Below are positions 47,159-60,395 of a stretch of DNA of 64,000 nt, piece by piece. The stretch covers positions 45,975-109,974 of the forward strand of contig RDEW01000085.1 in NCBI GenBank assembly GCA_011109175.1, in the 5' to 3' direction. Each line of letters begins with the position of its first letter. The stretch's first letter is position 1. Made by a program: the position numbers and the translations under genes. Under the pieces are notes generated by a model. That model worked only from the letters and a program-made list of their open reading frames with translations. It made no database searches and was not told the DNA's origin. The stretch comes from Dicyema japonicum (Eukaryota; Animalia; Dicyemida).

Positions 47159-49679
47159 ATGTTTATTTTACTTTTATTGGCGTTATCATTGTTTTTTATG
47201 CCCGCAGAAATCCATTGTGATAAGACTACATAAACGTTAGTGATGACGGTGGGAACTTATTGCCAGGAATGTATGCAGTGATTTTGTTGATTGACCTATC
47301 GATTTCCTATGGTACCCCATGTTATGATTTTTGATTGCATGAAATATGTCAATTGGTTTAAATATATGAAACATTTGGGAAATAAACATAGACCTATCTA
47401 TAACTGCGGAGATGTGAAATCCATTGACGATGATTATAAGGGTGCCACGTGGGTTGGAAAATTTATGATTGGAAATGCCAGCATATGGTATGACCATCTC
47501 CATAATGACGAATTTCTCTACAACCAGTCCTTATACTCTGATTACGGGACCAGGTAGGGGTTTTCGATAAAAGTGCAGAAATAAGCCGATAACAAAATGC
47601 TGCAAGTACTTTGTTGTTGATGACACAATCCGTTGTACAGAAAACTGTTCATCCCCCGCCGACGGATACTTGATTTCAAAGTCGCAGAAAAAACATGATA
47701 CTTCAAATTGTGACAAAGTGGCTTCTTTTTGCAAAAACGTAAAATATATCGACGTGGGGACGACATTAAAGTGCAATAGGAAGAAAATAGATGAGAATTA
47801 TCACGTGCGATGTGATTACGACTACTCCCGGAGAAAACAGATGATATTTTTCAAAGGAAATGCCACAAGCGTAAAGATTTGACTAAATCCAGAAGATCGA
47901 TCAAATTTCAACATTTTTAGACTCGCTTGACTCGGTGACGTCGGAAATGAATTTGTCGAAGAGTTTGGTTAGTGTTTGTCTGAGAATTAGAACATTTTGA
48001 GTAAACTCGATAATGTCGTCGAGTATTCCACTGAAAACTTGACTTTTACAGAAATCACGGATATCAACATAAAGTTTTAATTTTTAAAATCCAGATTTAT
48101 TAAAAATGTTCCAAAAATACTGAATTTGGCGTCCAACATTAGTGAGGTTGTTAAATACAGTTTTTCAAACTTTGACGTCCACTTGGAATATGTGGAGTCG
48201 AATTTGCACGATTTCTCCAATAACCAGACTAGGATAACCTTTTCCGGTGGTGATGTCGCAAGACTTTTACGTTTATTTTCCGTTATTTCAGAAAACGGAG
48301 ATTTCAAGCTATCAGTCGTGTTCTGGCGAAACGAAAAACTGTTCTCCCAATTTGACAATTTTACCATTCTCACTCCCATTTTGGGGGTCTCAATCAATAA
48401 TACACGGATAACCGATTTCAGATCAACCATTGTATTCCCTCAGAGTAAGCATGTGTTTGATATTTTAGATTACTCTTCTGAGGCCACGTGTGTGTATTTA
48501 AACCTGACAACGCGACTCTGGGAGACCAACGGATGCAAAACTCTGCGGGCTGGAGATCACGTGGCCTGTGAATGTTCCCATTTGACAAACTTTGCCGTCA
48601 TCTTTGTTGGCTTTTGTCTCTTACTGACTAGGATCCGAGTTTAGTCAACGAGACACCTCGGTGGATTACTGCCTTCACCAACGTCGGTCTCGGGATCTCC
48701 CTTTTATTGGAATTCTTGACAATCATCTTTTCCATCTCACATTGGTCGTAAGAAACTTGAAATTCTGAGTATTTTAGAAAAGGGAAAAAGTCTCATTCCT
48801 TCAAAACCTTCCTGAATTTGTGTGCGGCAGTATTCTCCATGAATATGATCTTTGCTTTCGGGTTGGGATATGGAATAGGAAATATTTGCGGTCTCGTAGG
48901 ATTCCTCCTTCACTTTACCTTCCTGGCTGTCATCGCCTGGATGTTAGTGGAAGGGGTTCTCTTTTACTACTTATTTATTAACGTCCTAACTAGAATTCCA
49001 GAAAATTTCTCAAAAATCTCATTTTGGACAGCTTGGAGTACATTTTAGTACATTTTAGTTCTACCGCTTATTCCACCTTGCATTATTTCCGCCATCAACT
49101 GGAAACTCTATTTGCAGAAAAATATGTTTTTTTAATAATTTACCTTAAGATGCTGGCTCAGCGGAGTCTCCCTGTACGTCAGATTCTATCTCCCAGTCGG
49201 AGTCTGCTTATTTACTAATCTTATCATCTTTGTTATGATCCTGAAGTCTTTGTATAATGGCTACAAGAAAAATCCGAATTATTTCCGTAGGGAATCAACT
49301 AAGGTTAAAAAATACTTTATGATTGTCGGTCTCATCTTTCTGTTTGGTATTCGTTCCGTTTCACCAATAGGATTCACGTGGTCCTTTGGATTTCTGTTCA
49401 AATTTAGCCATTCCATCTTTATTCAGTTTCTCTTTGCTCTTTTCAACGCCTTCTTTGGATTATACATATTTCTCGTGCGGTACGGATTCTTGGTGATTTC
49501 ACGATACTTTTAAATTATTGATATTAGATATTTATATTTAATTACTTTTTTGATTTTATTTAGGCCTTCTGTATAGGGTTATAGTTACGAAATTTTCCGG
49601 GGACTTAAAGACAAGGCAGAAGCGTGTCGTCAGAGATTGTCTCTCGATAGAAAAATGGTTCTCTTTCCAGGTGTACTAA
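47159..49679 (+). CDS. Adhesion GPCR (signal peptide, ectodomain, GAIN/GPS, 7TM secretin-type)
   Basis: MFILLLLALSLFFMPAEIHC at 47159; GPS CVYLNLTTRLWETNGC..ACECSHLTNFAVIF; TM segments CGLVGFLLHFTFLAVIAWMLVEGVLFY, GFTWSFGFL, LFALFNAFFGLYIF; exon boundaries of the ectodomain not resolved. Confidence 0.88.
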
Positions 49680-49869
49680 GCGCCCTCAGGAGGCTACGAT
49701 AAATTACAGAGCTAGCTGGCCACGACATCAAAGCAGTAAAACTACAAGTAATGCCTTCTAAATAATGTTAAAATAGTAGTACCACATACTCTATAGGTTT
49801 TTTCCGCTGTTAGATTGACTGTCAGTAATTGTGGAATATACAATCTGAAAATTCGGCTTGAAGAATTTA

Positions 49870-50130
49870 ATCTATTAACCCCCTGATATACAGAAAAGAA
49901 GTGTAAGTAAACAACTAGTTAAGTGTATCCAGTTTTCACTTCTACAAAAAGAGTCCATTGGGAATCAGGATAAAAGGCAAAAGACGTCCATTACTTGCAG
50001 TTGTGGAAACCCCTCTAGTGGAAGAGAGAAAATGCTCCTTTTTTTGCCATCATGGCACTGGACGCCACCTAGACAGGTAGATCACATGACGCCACTCTAA
50101 TAAAAACGGAAAGAGGAGGAAGAGACAAAA
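49870..50130 (-). mobile_element. LINE 3' end (family with 58080-58335)
   Basis: Aligns with 58080-58335 in opposite orientation; ends GGATACACTTAACTAGTT..GGGGGTTAAT. Confidence 0.6.
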
Positions 50131-50749
50131 CAAAAAGAGAACTTCAACCAATTAGCCAAGTAGCATCACATGGCTTCACGTGGATACAATGGGGCATATT
50201 AGAGAATGATTAATTGTCCAAGTATTTTTTTAAATATCGCCACTTTATTTAACCAACAATAAAAAAGTTAATATTTAATAATCAGCAACTTTCCTTGCCT
50301 GCCTGTTCCCCAGCCTTTTCAGGTAGGTTCGATTCTGGTTTCTGAAACAACTCCGAGAGCGCCTTGTCCAATTGAACCCTCTACCCATATGGCATCTTCG
50401 GGCTTTGCCTCCTATACTCCAGTGTCAGGCTCTCTATGGTTTGCTTTACTACAGTGGACAGTAGAGGTCACGGATAAAAGGAAAATGTCCAACGATGATT
50501 AACTACAGTCTTGCGAACTCGAGAGGATTCAAGGATTACTTCGATAGTTGCATTGGACTATTAAATTTCCCCACTTCTCCTTCCATCGAACAATTAGTGA
50601 AATAGTTTAACTCCACCATAAACGATGCGAAAATAATTCAAATGAGCAGGCAACCTACGTCATCAAAACGTTCCAACACAACGACGAAACGTTTGATCAG
50701 TAAACGAAATAATCTACGAGACTATCAAAGGCTCTCTACAAGAACCCCC

Positions 50750-51700
50750 TAATGCAGAGTGTGTGGAATTGGATCAAGAACGTCAAAAGATTTTCCGCTA
50801 GAGAGAAAATGTGAAGTCTACATCAAACCAGACACTCTGATAAAATATTATACGTCTATCTCCTACAAAAAGTTTTCAAAAGAACACCAAGTATTCATGA
50901 AAAAGATTGAACCGAAACGCACCGATGACTTTTCCATCTTTACTAGCGAAGATGTCCGCAGAGCCATACCCAAAGCCAACAACTCAGAGGCCGAAGGACC
51001 AGACAACATAACCACATGTGAACTGAAGCACCTAGGCTATCGAGCCTAAGAACTATTATCCTATATCTTCAATCTATCCATTAACACGAATACAATCACT
51101 GAAATATGGAAAAAGTCTATAATCAAACCTATTCGAAAATCTATCAAACCAATAAATAAATGAACCATCTTCCTATCGCTCAATAATGGAAGACGAGCAG
51201 AAGTACTCTGAAACAACATTCTTATTAACAAAACACCGAGTGTTCTGGGAGTCACATTTGATCAGGGACTCTCCTTTATCCTATATGTTGAGAACAAAGT
51301 AACTTCCGCTCTGAAGAAAATGAAAATTTTAAAAGTGTTCTCAAAAGCACTTAGAGACCAAACTGGGACCCTTGCCACGGTTTATGAACAATTTATCCGA
51401 CGTATGCAAGTCCTTCGTGGGCAATGCAGATTTCACGATCCTCCTCACTGAAACTATCCGCAATCGAGAAGACCAGGACATAAAATCCAGCCCATTGAAA
51501 ACTTATTAATCGAATTACAGCAGAAACTCTTAAAGGCGGCTAGTTTACTGAGGTGTTCTCTGTCCAGACACTATCGAAATAATCATACAGAAAATATGAG
51601 CCGATGCTATGCCAGATGAGAAGAACTGTAAATGATTCTCGACCCCGCTGGACTCGTCCTCTCCTTTGTCGGTCTCGGATTACTTAGTTAGTTGAAAACG
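50750..51700 (+). mobile_element. Internally deleted LINE (Jockey/I-like RT)
   Basis: FTSEDVRRAI..AEGPDNIT..LKHLG..IFNLSI..WKKSIIKPI; VLGVTFDQGLSF; terminal LGLLS-stop. Confidence 0.75.
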
Positions 51701-52500
51701 TTCATTTCTTTCTCTTAGACCCAGTGATCATGGTAGTAATAATAATAATTTTGAGGTTAAAATGATTTGACCTTGATGACTTACAATATCGTGTAGGATA
51801 GTCGTGTTCTCCACGTAATCGACGAGGGAGAGAAGACAGACTCACAGTTTGGCTTCGACCTGCTTGAGTAATGATCGTCATTGGTAGATTTCAGAGCCTA
51901 TAAACTTAAATGGCACGATAGAGCTTTCACCCTGATTCGTATCTTTACATCCAATAAAATGATTTGGGAGTTTAGGTCGTCAGTCAGGATAAAGGTTGGA
52001 TGGGGTTTGTGAGTGGTCATGACTCAATTAATGCATCTTTCATATCTGTCCGGTTGTATTAAATTCCATCCCCATCATAGACCTGGATGCCACGTTGAAA
52101 CAAGACTACCACCGTAGCACCCTCCTGACTGGACCACAGTAGATGCGTTTTCTCTCTTTATTATTATTATGACTGCGGCCTATTAGATCATAGAGACTGT
52201 CACAACGTAAACATCTCTTCGAATCTTGAAAGATCTCTATTATAAATTACCTTTAAGAAAACATCTAAAGGACAGATTTCCCACTTCTCTAGTCTTAAGC
52301 TAGTTCGTAAACACAATCTCTACTATTAAGAGTACAAAATCCTATAGAAGGATACATTTATAAAGTAATATTAAACTATTCGTTCATCTGTAAACATGAA
52401 CAATCAATGTACGCCGACATTAACATCCTCAGTTACGAGGACAACACAGACGGCAAGAAAAGTTTAAATCAAATCCCAACAACAAGAACAAATAACATTG

Positions 52501-53485
52501 NNNNNNNNNNNNNNNNNNNNNNNNNNNNNNNNNNNNNNNNNNNNNNNNNNNNNNNNNNNNNNNNNNNNNNNNNNNNNNNNNNNNNNNNNNNNNNNNNNNN
52601 NNNNNNNNNNNNNNNNNNNNNNNNNNNNNNNNNNNNNNNNNNNNNNNNNNNNNNNNNNNNNNNNNNNNNNNNNNNNNNNNNNNNNNNNNNNNNNNNNNNN
52701 NNNNNNNNNNNNNNNNNNNNNNNNNNNNNNNNNNNNNNNNNNNNNNNNNNNNNNNNNNNNNNNNNNNNNNNNNNNNNNNNNNNNNNNNNNNNNNNNNNNN
52801 NNNNNNNNNNNNNNNNNNNNNNNNNNNNNNNNNNNNNNNNNNNNNNNNNNNNNNNNNNNNNNNNNNNNNNNNNNNNNNNNNNNNNNNNNNNNNNNNNNNN
52901 NNNNNNNNNNNNNNNNNNNNNNNNNNNNNNNNNNNNNNNNNNNNNNNNNNNNNNNNNNNNNNNNNNNNNNNNNNNNNNNNNNNNNNNNNNNNNNNNNNNN
53001 NNNNNNNNNNNNNNNNNNNNNNNNNNNNNNNNNNNNNNNNNNNNNNNNNNNNNNNNNNNNNNNNNNNNNNNNNNNNNNNNNNNNNNNNNNNNNNNNNNNN
53101 NNNNNNNNNNNNNNNNNNNNNNNNNNNNNNNNNNNNNNNNNNNNNNNNNNNNNNNNNNNNNNNNNNNNNNNNNNNNNNNNNNNNNNNNNNNNNNNNNNNN
53201 NNNNNNNNNNNNNNNNNNNNNNNNNNNNNNNNNNNNNNNNNNNNNNNNNNNNNNNNNNNNNNNNNNNNNNNNNNNNNNNNNNNNNNNNNNNNNNNNNNNN
53301 NNNNNNNNNNNNNNNNNNNNNNNNNNNNNNNNNNNNNNNNNNNNNNNNNNNNNNNNNNNNNNNNNNNNNNNNNNNNNNNNNNNNNNNNNNNNNNNNNNNN
53401 NNNNNNNNNNNNNNNNNNNNNNNNNNNNNNNNNNNNNNNNNNNNNNNNNNNNNNNNNNNNNNNNNNNNNNNNNNNNNNNNNNNNN
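52501..53485. other. Assembly gap (N run)
   Basis: Run of N. Confidence 1.
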
Positions 53486-54499
53486 TGAGTAAAAGAATTA
53501 AAGAAAATCAAGGGTATTAAGAGAACAGTCAAAAGTAAAATTAACGAAATCAACGTTGACCATCAGAGTCAGTCCCCTAAATTATAATTGAAAAATTACC
53601 CACGAGGGATAAATACTCTTCCTAAATTATAAAATAATGAATACTAACATAAAATCATCTGTCAAAACCTGATTGCAGACTTCCCCACGTTTATGCCATT
53701 CCCCCAGAGGACAACAATACATTTCGTCGAGATTGCAGTTTTGATTAGCGTCAGATTTAATTGGAGGTTGAACCTAACTATGAAACCACAAAACAACCAT
53801 TTCTAAAAATATTGATAATCACGATCGTAGTTGTATTATATATTATATTTAACGGGGAATAAAAATTGAATAGTCTCGGATAATTACTCTGTCTGGTTAA
53901 ATTGTAGAAAGATGAGGCGAGGAATTTCCTCTATCTGTACTTAGCTTAATGATTGACGGAAGCCTTTTTCTTCTTTATTCTTGTGAGGAAGGACGAGAGG
54001 AAGTACTAAAAAAACTTTGGAAATCCTAAGCTTAGAACAAATGAAGTGTCGGATACACGTGGGATTCGTTTTCAAATCTCGCTCTATCAGAGGATCATGT
54101 ATTAGAAGCTGCACGTGTAAAATGCTAGTTGATGTGATTCAGTAAAATCGCTGACTCCCAAATTTATTCCTTCTCGCTTCATCTGAAAGAAACGTGTAGA
54201 TAAATGGAACGTAACTGCTAAATGAGAATTTCTTCGGACATAGGTGTGATGACATATAAAGATGTAGCCCTAATTGCAAATAATAAAGGGGACATTTGAA
54301 AATAACTCAGTGAATGAGGATAACTAAATTTATGTTATGTTATCCAAATTAAGTCGTGTTCGACCATTGGAGATCTAATGAGTCAATTTTCTCCACTATT
54401 TCCTATCCGTCGCAATTTGTAGTAGCCTTGATATATGCATTCCCGTGATGTCTTCTACCGTGGATAGCCACCGAGTCTTCGGTCGATTAGGTCTTCTAT

Positions 54500-54850
54500 T
54501 TCCAGTAATATTGCTCAGCATAATGGTTCATTCCAGGGAATCAGAGCGGACAACATGACAAAAGACACCAATCTGTGTTTTACGATTCTTCCTTTTAGCG
54601 AATGTCCGTCTCCACCCGTTTGAGTATATCCGTGTTTGTTATTTTGGAAGTCCAAGGGATTCTTAGTAAACTCCTCCAGCACCAAAGTTCAAAAGCATCA
54701 ATTTTTCGTCTATCCGCCATTTTCAGTATCCGTGAGTCTCCGCCGTATATAATAACTAAATTTATCTTTCGTTTATTAATTATCTCATTGGTTTCTCACA
54801 TAAAACTTGAAAATATCATTTTAATTACATTTTCCATGTTTATAGTTAGT
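54500..54850 (-). mobile_element. RTE-clade LINE C-terminal remnant
   Basis: ADRRKIDAFELWCWRSLLRIPWT..TNTDIL. Confidence 0.8.
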
Positions 54851-55470
54851 TAAGTCTTCATACCTGCAACACAGCGGTCAGTTTCTTATGTTGACCCAAG
54901 GATTTTATCCGGAGAACCAAGGATGAATCCTAGTTGCATTACCAGGAGCAAAAGTACCTCTTGGAGGAAACCTTCGAGTGACTATTTTTGGAGGTACATC
55001 AAGTGCTTAGAGGCTTTATTTTTTTATTTTATAAACTCCGAAATCACGATAAAGAAAATAAAAGTTATCGTCCAATTAAGTGATCCCGGTGTTCATACCA
55101 GTCCTTTTCCTGCGGTTAGTTTTGGAGTCCTGGATAAATCTCCACAGCGGGAAAGGTTTCTTCTCATATCTCGTGAAGGCATTCATATATAGTCTGATAT
55201 GCGGTCCGATTTTCTACTCCAATTTTCTTTTGGATCCTCGTGGTTACTAGGTCCACTTGATGGGTAAATGTGAGTAAGGGATCCAGGATAATTCCAAGGA
55301 TTAAAAGGGTCTTCTTAATGGGAAGCGGGGATTCACACAATGTTATTCGTGGTGTTTCCCTGTAATTCTTTTCGTGTTGAGGTAAGCGTCATTGCAAGTA
55401 GAGGCTTTATGGAACAATAATTGGGCTAAACAGAATCAACAAAGTAAAAAATTCAAACTTTACAATAATT

Positions 55471-57552
55471 TTATAAATAAAATAGTTTATGTTGTAAATC
55501 TGTATGAAAGTCCTCCATTAAATATTTTCCAGACATGCTCGCCAATTTATGAGCTAACATGGAGACAGAAGGTATGGTGCACATCTGAACATATAACAAG
55601 TCATTAATACAGAAAATGTAGGGTACGTCTTAGTGAAGGCATAAGATAGATGATGACACAAATCAGGAGATAACATAGCCTCGTTATGCAAGACGTTATA
55701 ATAGGGAAACAAGTGGGAAGAGTGACTGTCCTCAAAGTCACACGAAGACAAATAAAAGTCAAATCTACAAAAAGAACCCTCCATCACCTCCCAACACGTG
55801 TCAATCCAGAGTCAATCACAGTCCCACATAGTTTATTCACCTGTGAAAAGAAAATGTTACTCACACGTTTGTTCACTACAACAAACATCAATTTAGGCGC
55901 CAATTTTCGGTTACTTTAAACAATCACAGACAAATCAACCCCCAAGGACAAATTTCCTCACAGGCACATTTCACAGCCTCCAAAGCTTGGTTGACCTCAA
56001 CATCCCTCACAGTCCTCAGCATATCATCAGAAATCCCATCTCTATATATGATCAAATTCCCAGGGAGTCTCCCATTGAAGCGATACCACCTCCTCAAGCC
56101 AACTAAGAATATGTTAACAAAGTAACCCAAAATATGACGGAACAAGTGGTTATTTATTTCTTGCCCAGTCTCTACAAACTCAATCTGATTGTGCACGTGG
56201 CCATCTAGTCCCAAAGTAGACACAACGGCGGTAACACTGCGGAGAGATAACTCGTAGTGATGGAACGTGTCCATTCCAACAATCATGGAGTCTTCCAATA
56301 TGTTCAAACCACGTGTTATTGAATGAGGAATTGTAACACCAGTCTTTATCCGCCCACATTTAGCGAGAATCTGCCTGGTGAGAGTTTCCAAAATGGAGTC
56401 ATTACACAATGCCAGGTGGATAGTTCTCAGCCGCACAATCTGAGTACTGACTAAACATAACTACCAAATCTACCCCCCATAGCCACAGATGCTTCCCATT
56501 TTAACTCACAGTAGCCATTGTCGCTATATTTGGGGATCACAATAAGGTAAATGTCCGCAGGGGAAGAAGATCGAAGGGCAGAGATGCACTTGCTAATCTT
56601 GACCTCGTCCACGTCAACCCTGCAAGTTACCCCAACCCATACAAGGCCACTCGTTCGATATTGCAGTCAAACTTCGACAACGAATAATCAGACAAAGCAG
56701 CAGAGAACGAAATGATGTCTTCTATCCAGTCCTCGTGGTATATGAAGGCACATTTGACAGTAGTTCCACAGGACGACTAAAAATTAAGAAAGAAGTAACT
56801 GTTTTTGACGATACCTTGATTTTCCTGCATTTTACGGAATCTGGGTTTTCCACAGAGATATACCACATGTCAAACAGCTCAGAACCATGAAAATAACGAA
56901 AGTAAAAGTCCTCAATCATTTTCGACTTTTCATTCACTCCCAATTTGGTCCCTGAGCAGTCGTTTAGGTACCGTTCTAAATCACCCCCAGTATAGTTATC
57001 TGTAAATGACTGTAACTTCAGCTTCAAAGTACCATTCGCCAGATATTTCAGTTTGGGGGAAAACACCAGGTAGTAACAGTCGTCTCCCCCACGTATTCCA
57101 ACAGTCATCCCCGTGTATTGTTTAGTTCTAGACTGGAAAACCATTGACCAACTCTGCATCCACGTGATCCGGGAACGCGTAGTAGAATTCATTCACTATC
57201 GCTGTTAGACCACGTGATTGGAGATATCTATAATCACTAAAGAAAGAGTAACTGCTTAATATAGTATGAAAGGAAGTAAATGACAAAAGAACTGTCTTCA
57301 GACACACACCGAGGGTTTGAGAATAGGCCTCTGAGGTCGGTCTACAATAAGAGCACGTGCTACTGGCAGATCCTGACATTTCGTGAAACCAAACTGAAAT
57401 CCATCGTACAAAAAATTCTGTAAATTACTGCTAACATGTGAATCTCCGAGTTTCTCGTGGACATATAAACTCCATTTTGGTTGTAGGGATACAAAGTAAG
57501 CATTTGTAGTGATACTTAAGGGCTGACCTTTGTCCCCTGTTCTGATTTGCAA
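55471..57552 (-). CDS. piwi: Piwi-clade Argonaute, divergent, apparently lacking PAZ
   Basis: N: GDKGQPLSITTN..PKWSLY; MID: YCELK..STQIV..LAKCG; PIWI: MIVGMDTFH, GQEI, IIYRDGISD, VNKRV, GTVID, DFYL, LAHKLA, C-terminal LFYL-stop (Piwi type); introns of 23-38 nt; start codon unresolved. Confidence 0.92.
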
Positions 57553-58079
57553 TTATTTACCTTTTTTGGGTTCTATTTGGAGATTAATAGGCGCAAGTGT
57601 ACTCTTTATATAATTTAATTTAATGTTTGGAGTCTTGCAGTATAATCTTTTAATGATCATTTATAACAGTCATTCGGTAGTCTGTTTCAATATTTTTTGA
57701 ATTTCATTTATTATTTTTAGTTAATAATTTAAACATTAATTAAATATTTTAAAATAAATAATTAACTAATCGAATAAAACGATGCAAGCTTGTCTTCAAC
57801 AAGTTGAATTAACATTGGATATGTCTAACGACTATGTCTGTAAAGAGAACAAGGCCGCGTGGCGACATGTGGTACTTCGTGGCTAATTTTTAGTTAATAA
57901 TTTAAACATTAATTAAATATTTTAAAATAAATAATTAACTAATCGAATAAAACGATGCAAGCTTGTCTTCAACAAGTTGAATTAACATTGGATATGTCTA
58001 ACGACTATGTCTGTAAAGAGAACAAGGCCGCGTGGCGACATGTGGTGCTTCGTGGATAATTAGTCGAAGTTTATGATTG

Positions 58080-58335
58080 ATCGCCTGTTCCTCATCTCTC
58101 TTCCTATTAGAGTAGCGTCATGTGATCCACCTGTCTAGGTGGCGCCCAGTGCCAGGCCGACACGAGAAAAGATAATTTTCTCTCCCCCACTCCACTGGAG
58201 GGGATTCCACAATTGCAAGTATGGACGTCTTTTACCCTTTATGCTGATTCCGGATGGACTCTGTTTCTGTGGAAGTGTTAACAGGATACACTTAATTAGT
58301 TGTTGACTTTATCTTCTTTCTCGGTGTATCCTGGG
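58080..58335 (+). mobile_element. LINE 3' end
   Basis: Homologous to 49870-50130; ends GGATACACTTAATTAGTT..CTGGGTTAATGAATAAAT. Confidence 0.6.
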
Positions 58336-59371
58336 TTAATGAATAAATATGTCTAACGAATCTACCTGCCGATATGTGTGGTCACAAAACAAGTCGTTTC
58401 TTCCATTCAAGACTAGAAGCCTCAAATACACGTAAATTAAGAAAAAAACCCACCCCTCTTCAAATTTTAATGAAAAGTGATCGTCGTCGATACAGGAAAG
58501 CCGTGGGTACTCTGGATGAACATAAGAAAAACCTTTCAATTTTTTGAAGCGTAACGGGATCACTTAATTGGTTGGTTTACTCCTTTCTTGGTGTTTCCTT
58601 TTTTGGGTTATTAAATAAAATAAATGAACTATGCGGGTAGTGCTTTGGCTTGTGTAGTATTTACCTGTGAGTTAGATTCCCACATCGCTACCTACTTGGT
58701 CGAAGGATTTTTTCAGCTCTTTCCCCCTAAAAATTCTAGAAGCGTCTTTGGATCCACCTTATTCTAGAAGACACTCAATGCCCCCGAGGATTTAGATAGA
58801 ATCCCTTTCTTCTCTACTCCAGTGAAGGTTGGAAAGGTAGAGATACATACTTCTCTTACTAAAACCTCCTTCAAGTATATCCTGGGTTATTATAGAAAGT
58901 ACGCTTCCTAGACCGCCTTCAATTTATTCTTCGCATCAGATCCACATGAATGATCTCTAGGAACCGTTAAGTTCTTGTTAGCCACTGTTTTTCTCCAACA
59001 CCGGTACTTTAACTTGCGAAAAAATAATACATTTGTATGCCATAAAAACCAACTGTATCCCCCAAAAACACAAATTAATATGCCTACTCCATTCTCTTCA
59101 CGTATCTTCGCATCGACCCCTTAGCGAAAATCAACGCCCTAGGAAGGAGTGCCGGAAACGACATTGCCAAAGAATCTAATATTGGTCAAAAAATATGCAA
59201 GTAGAAAAATTACAAATAAAAGTGAAGTTATTAGCGGAAATCATTTTTGAGCCGATTTAAACCACGTGAATAAATTGGATTCATTTCTACTATAAAAAAC
59301 AAGCAGAAACCTCAGCTTAATACACTGGGATCCATCATTTTTAATGTTATTCACTAGAGTACTCACGGAAA

Positions 59372-60395
59372 TCATTTCTGAGCCGATTTAAACCACGTGA
59401 ATAAATTGGATTCATTTCTACTATAAAAAACAAGCAGAAACCTCAGCTTAATACACTGGGATCCATCATTTTTAATGTTATTCACTAGAGTACTCACCGG
59501 GCTATAGGACAATCTGTATTCATTATTAAGCAAGTCGTCAACATTCTGATGAATAAACGACACCAAACCGATTTGTCCCACGTAACAGTTAGCCAGTCGT
59601 CGGCCTTATCAGGAGTGAGGAGCGCCTAAGTAAAAACAAGCGACAAACAGGCATTCTGCTGTGTACTCCCCTCATATCTCCATTGGCATCCGTTGTTACA
59701 ATCGATAAATATTTTGTTTTCCCTCCAAGAACGAGCCCAGCCATCAAAAGAATGGGCCACGTAGGAGATTCAAAGTCGGTGGAGTAGTCTTGAAACAAAT
59801 ACGGTAGCTTTCCACCTGCAGTTGTTTTCCATTCATAAAATCTGAAATTAACCACGTGGAATCACCCATCAACAACAGCGATACATCGTCCAGGAATATC
59901 AAACTCACGTGTACTGAATTTTTCAAGCAAAGTCTCCTTTCTATAATTAATGCGGAGAGGCTGACTACTGGACTCTTTACATCCTCCCCAACTTTAGTTA
60001 ATAACGGTACTAATACTTCATATAAGCATCGTCCAGGAATATCAAACTCACGTGTACTGAATCTTTCAAGCAAAGTCTCCTTTCTATAATTAATGCGGAG
60101 AGGCTGACTACTGGACTCTTTACATCCTCCCCAACTTTAGTTAATAACGGTACTAATACTTCATATAAGTGAGAACATGCGCTGAATTCTCAGAGATGAT
60201 AACTGGACTAGGAAATTGATAATAATTATTTACACGGAAGAGTAGGGTCCGACGTTGTAACTCCTTTTGAAGGATTTGTTCTGAACAGTTGGGTTTAATT
60301 TGATCTTTGATTTCAAATTTTCAATGATTTCTTCAGGGGATGACAAACTTACAATACAATCGCAAAAATCACAACCAAAGAATTCTACCACACAT
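59372..60395 (-). CDS. HMCES: HMCES / SRAP-domain abasic-site processing protein
   Basis: Starts MCGR (Cys2); SYNVGP, WG, INYRKETL, GRCIAVVDGFYEW, LPY, MAG, SIVT, HSRMPV, PVSTLVNNIKN; two tandem duplications inside. Confidence 0.9.

Noticed and set aside
55471-60395. Piwi plus HMCES as a linked genome-defence system
   Set aside because: Eukaryotic neighbours separated by TE debris; nothing indicates co-regulation
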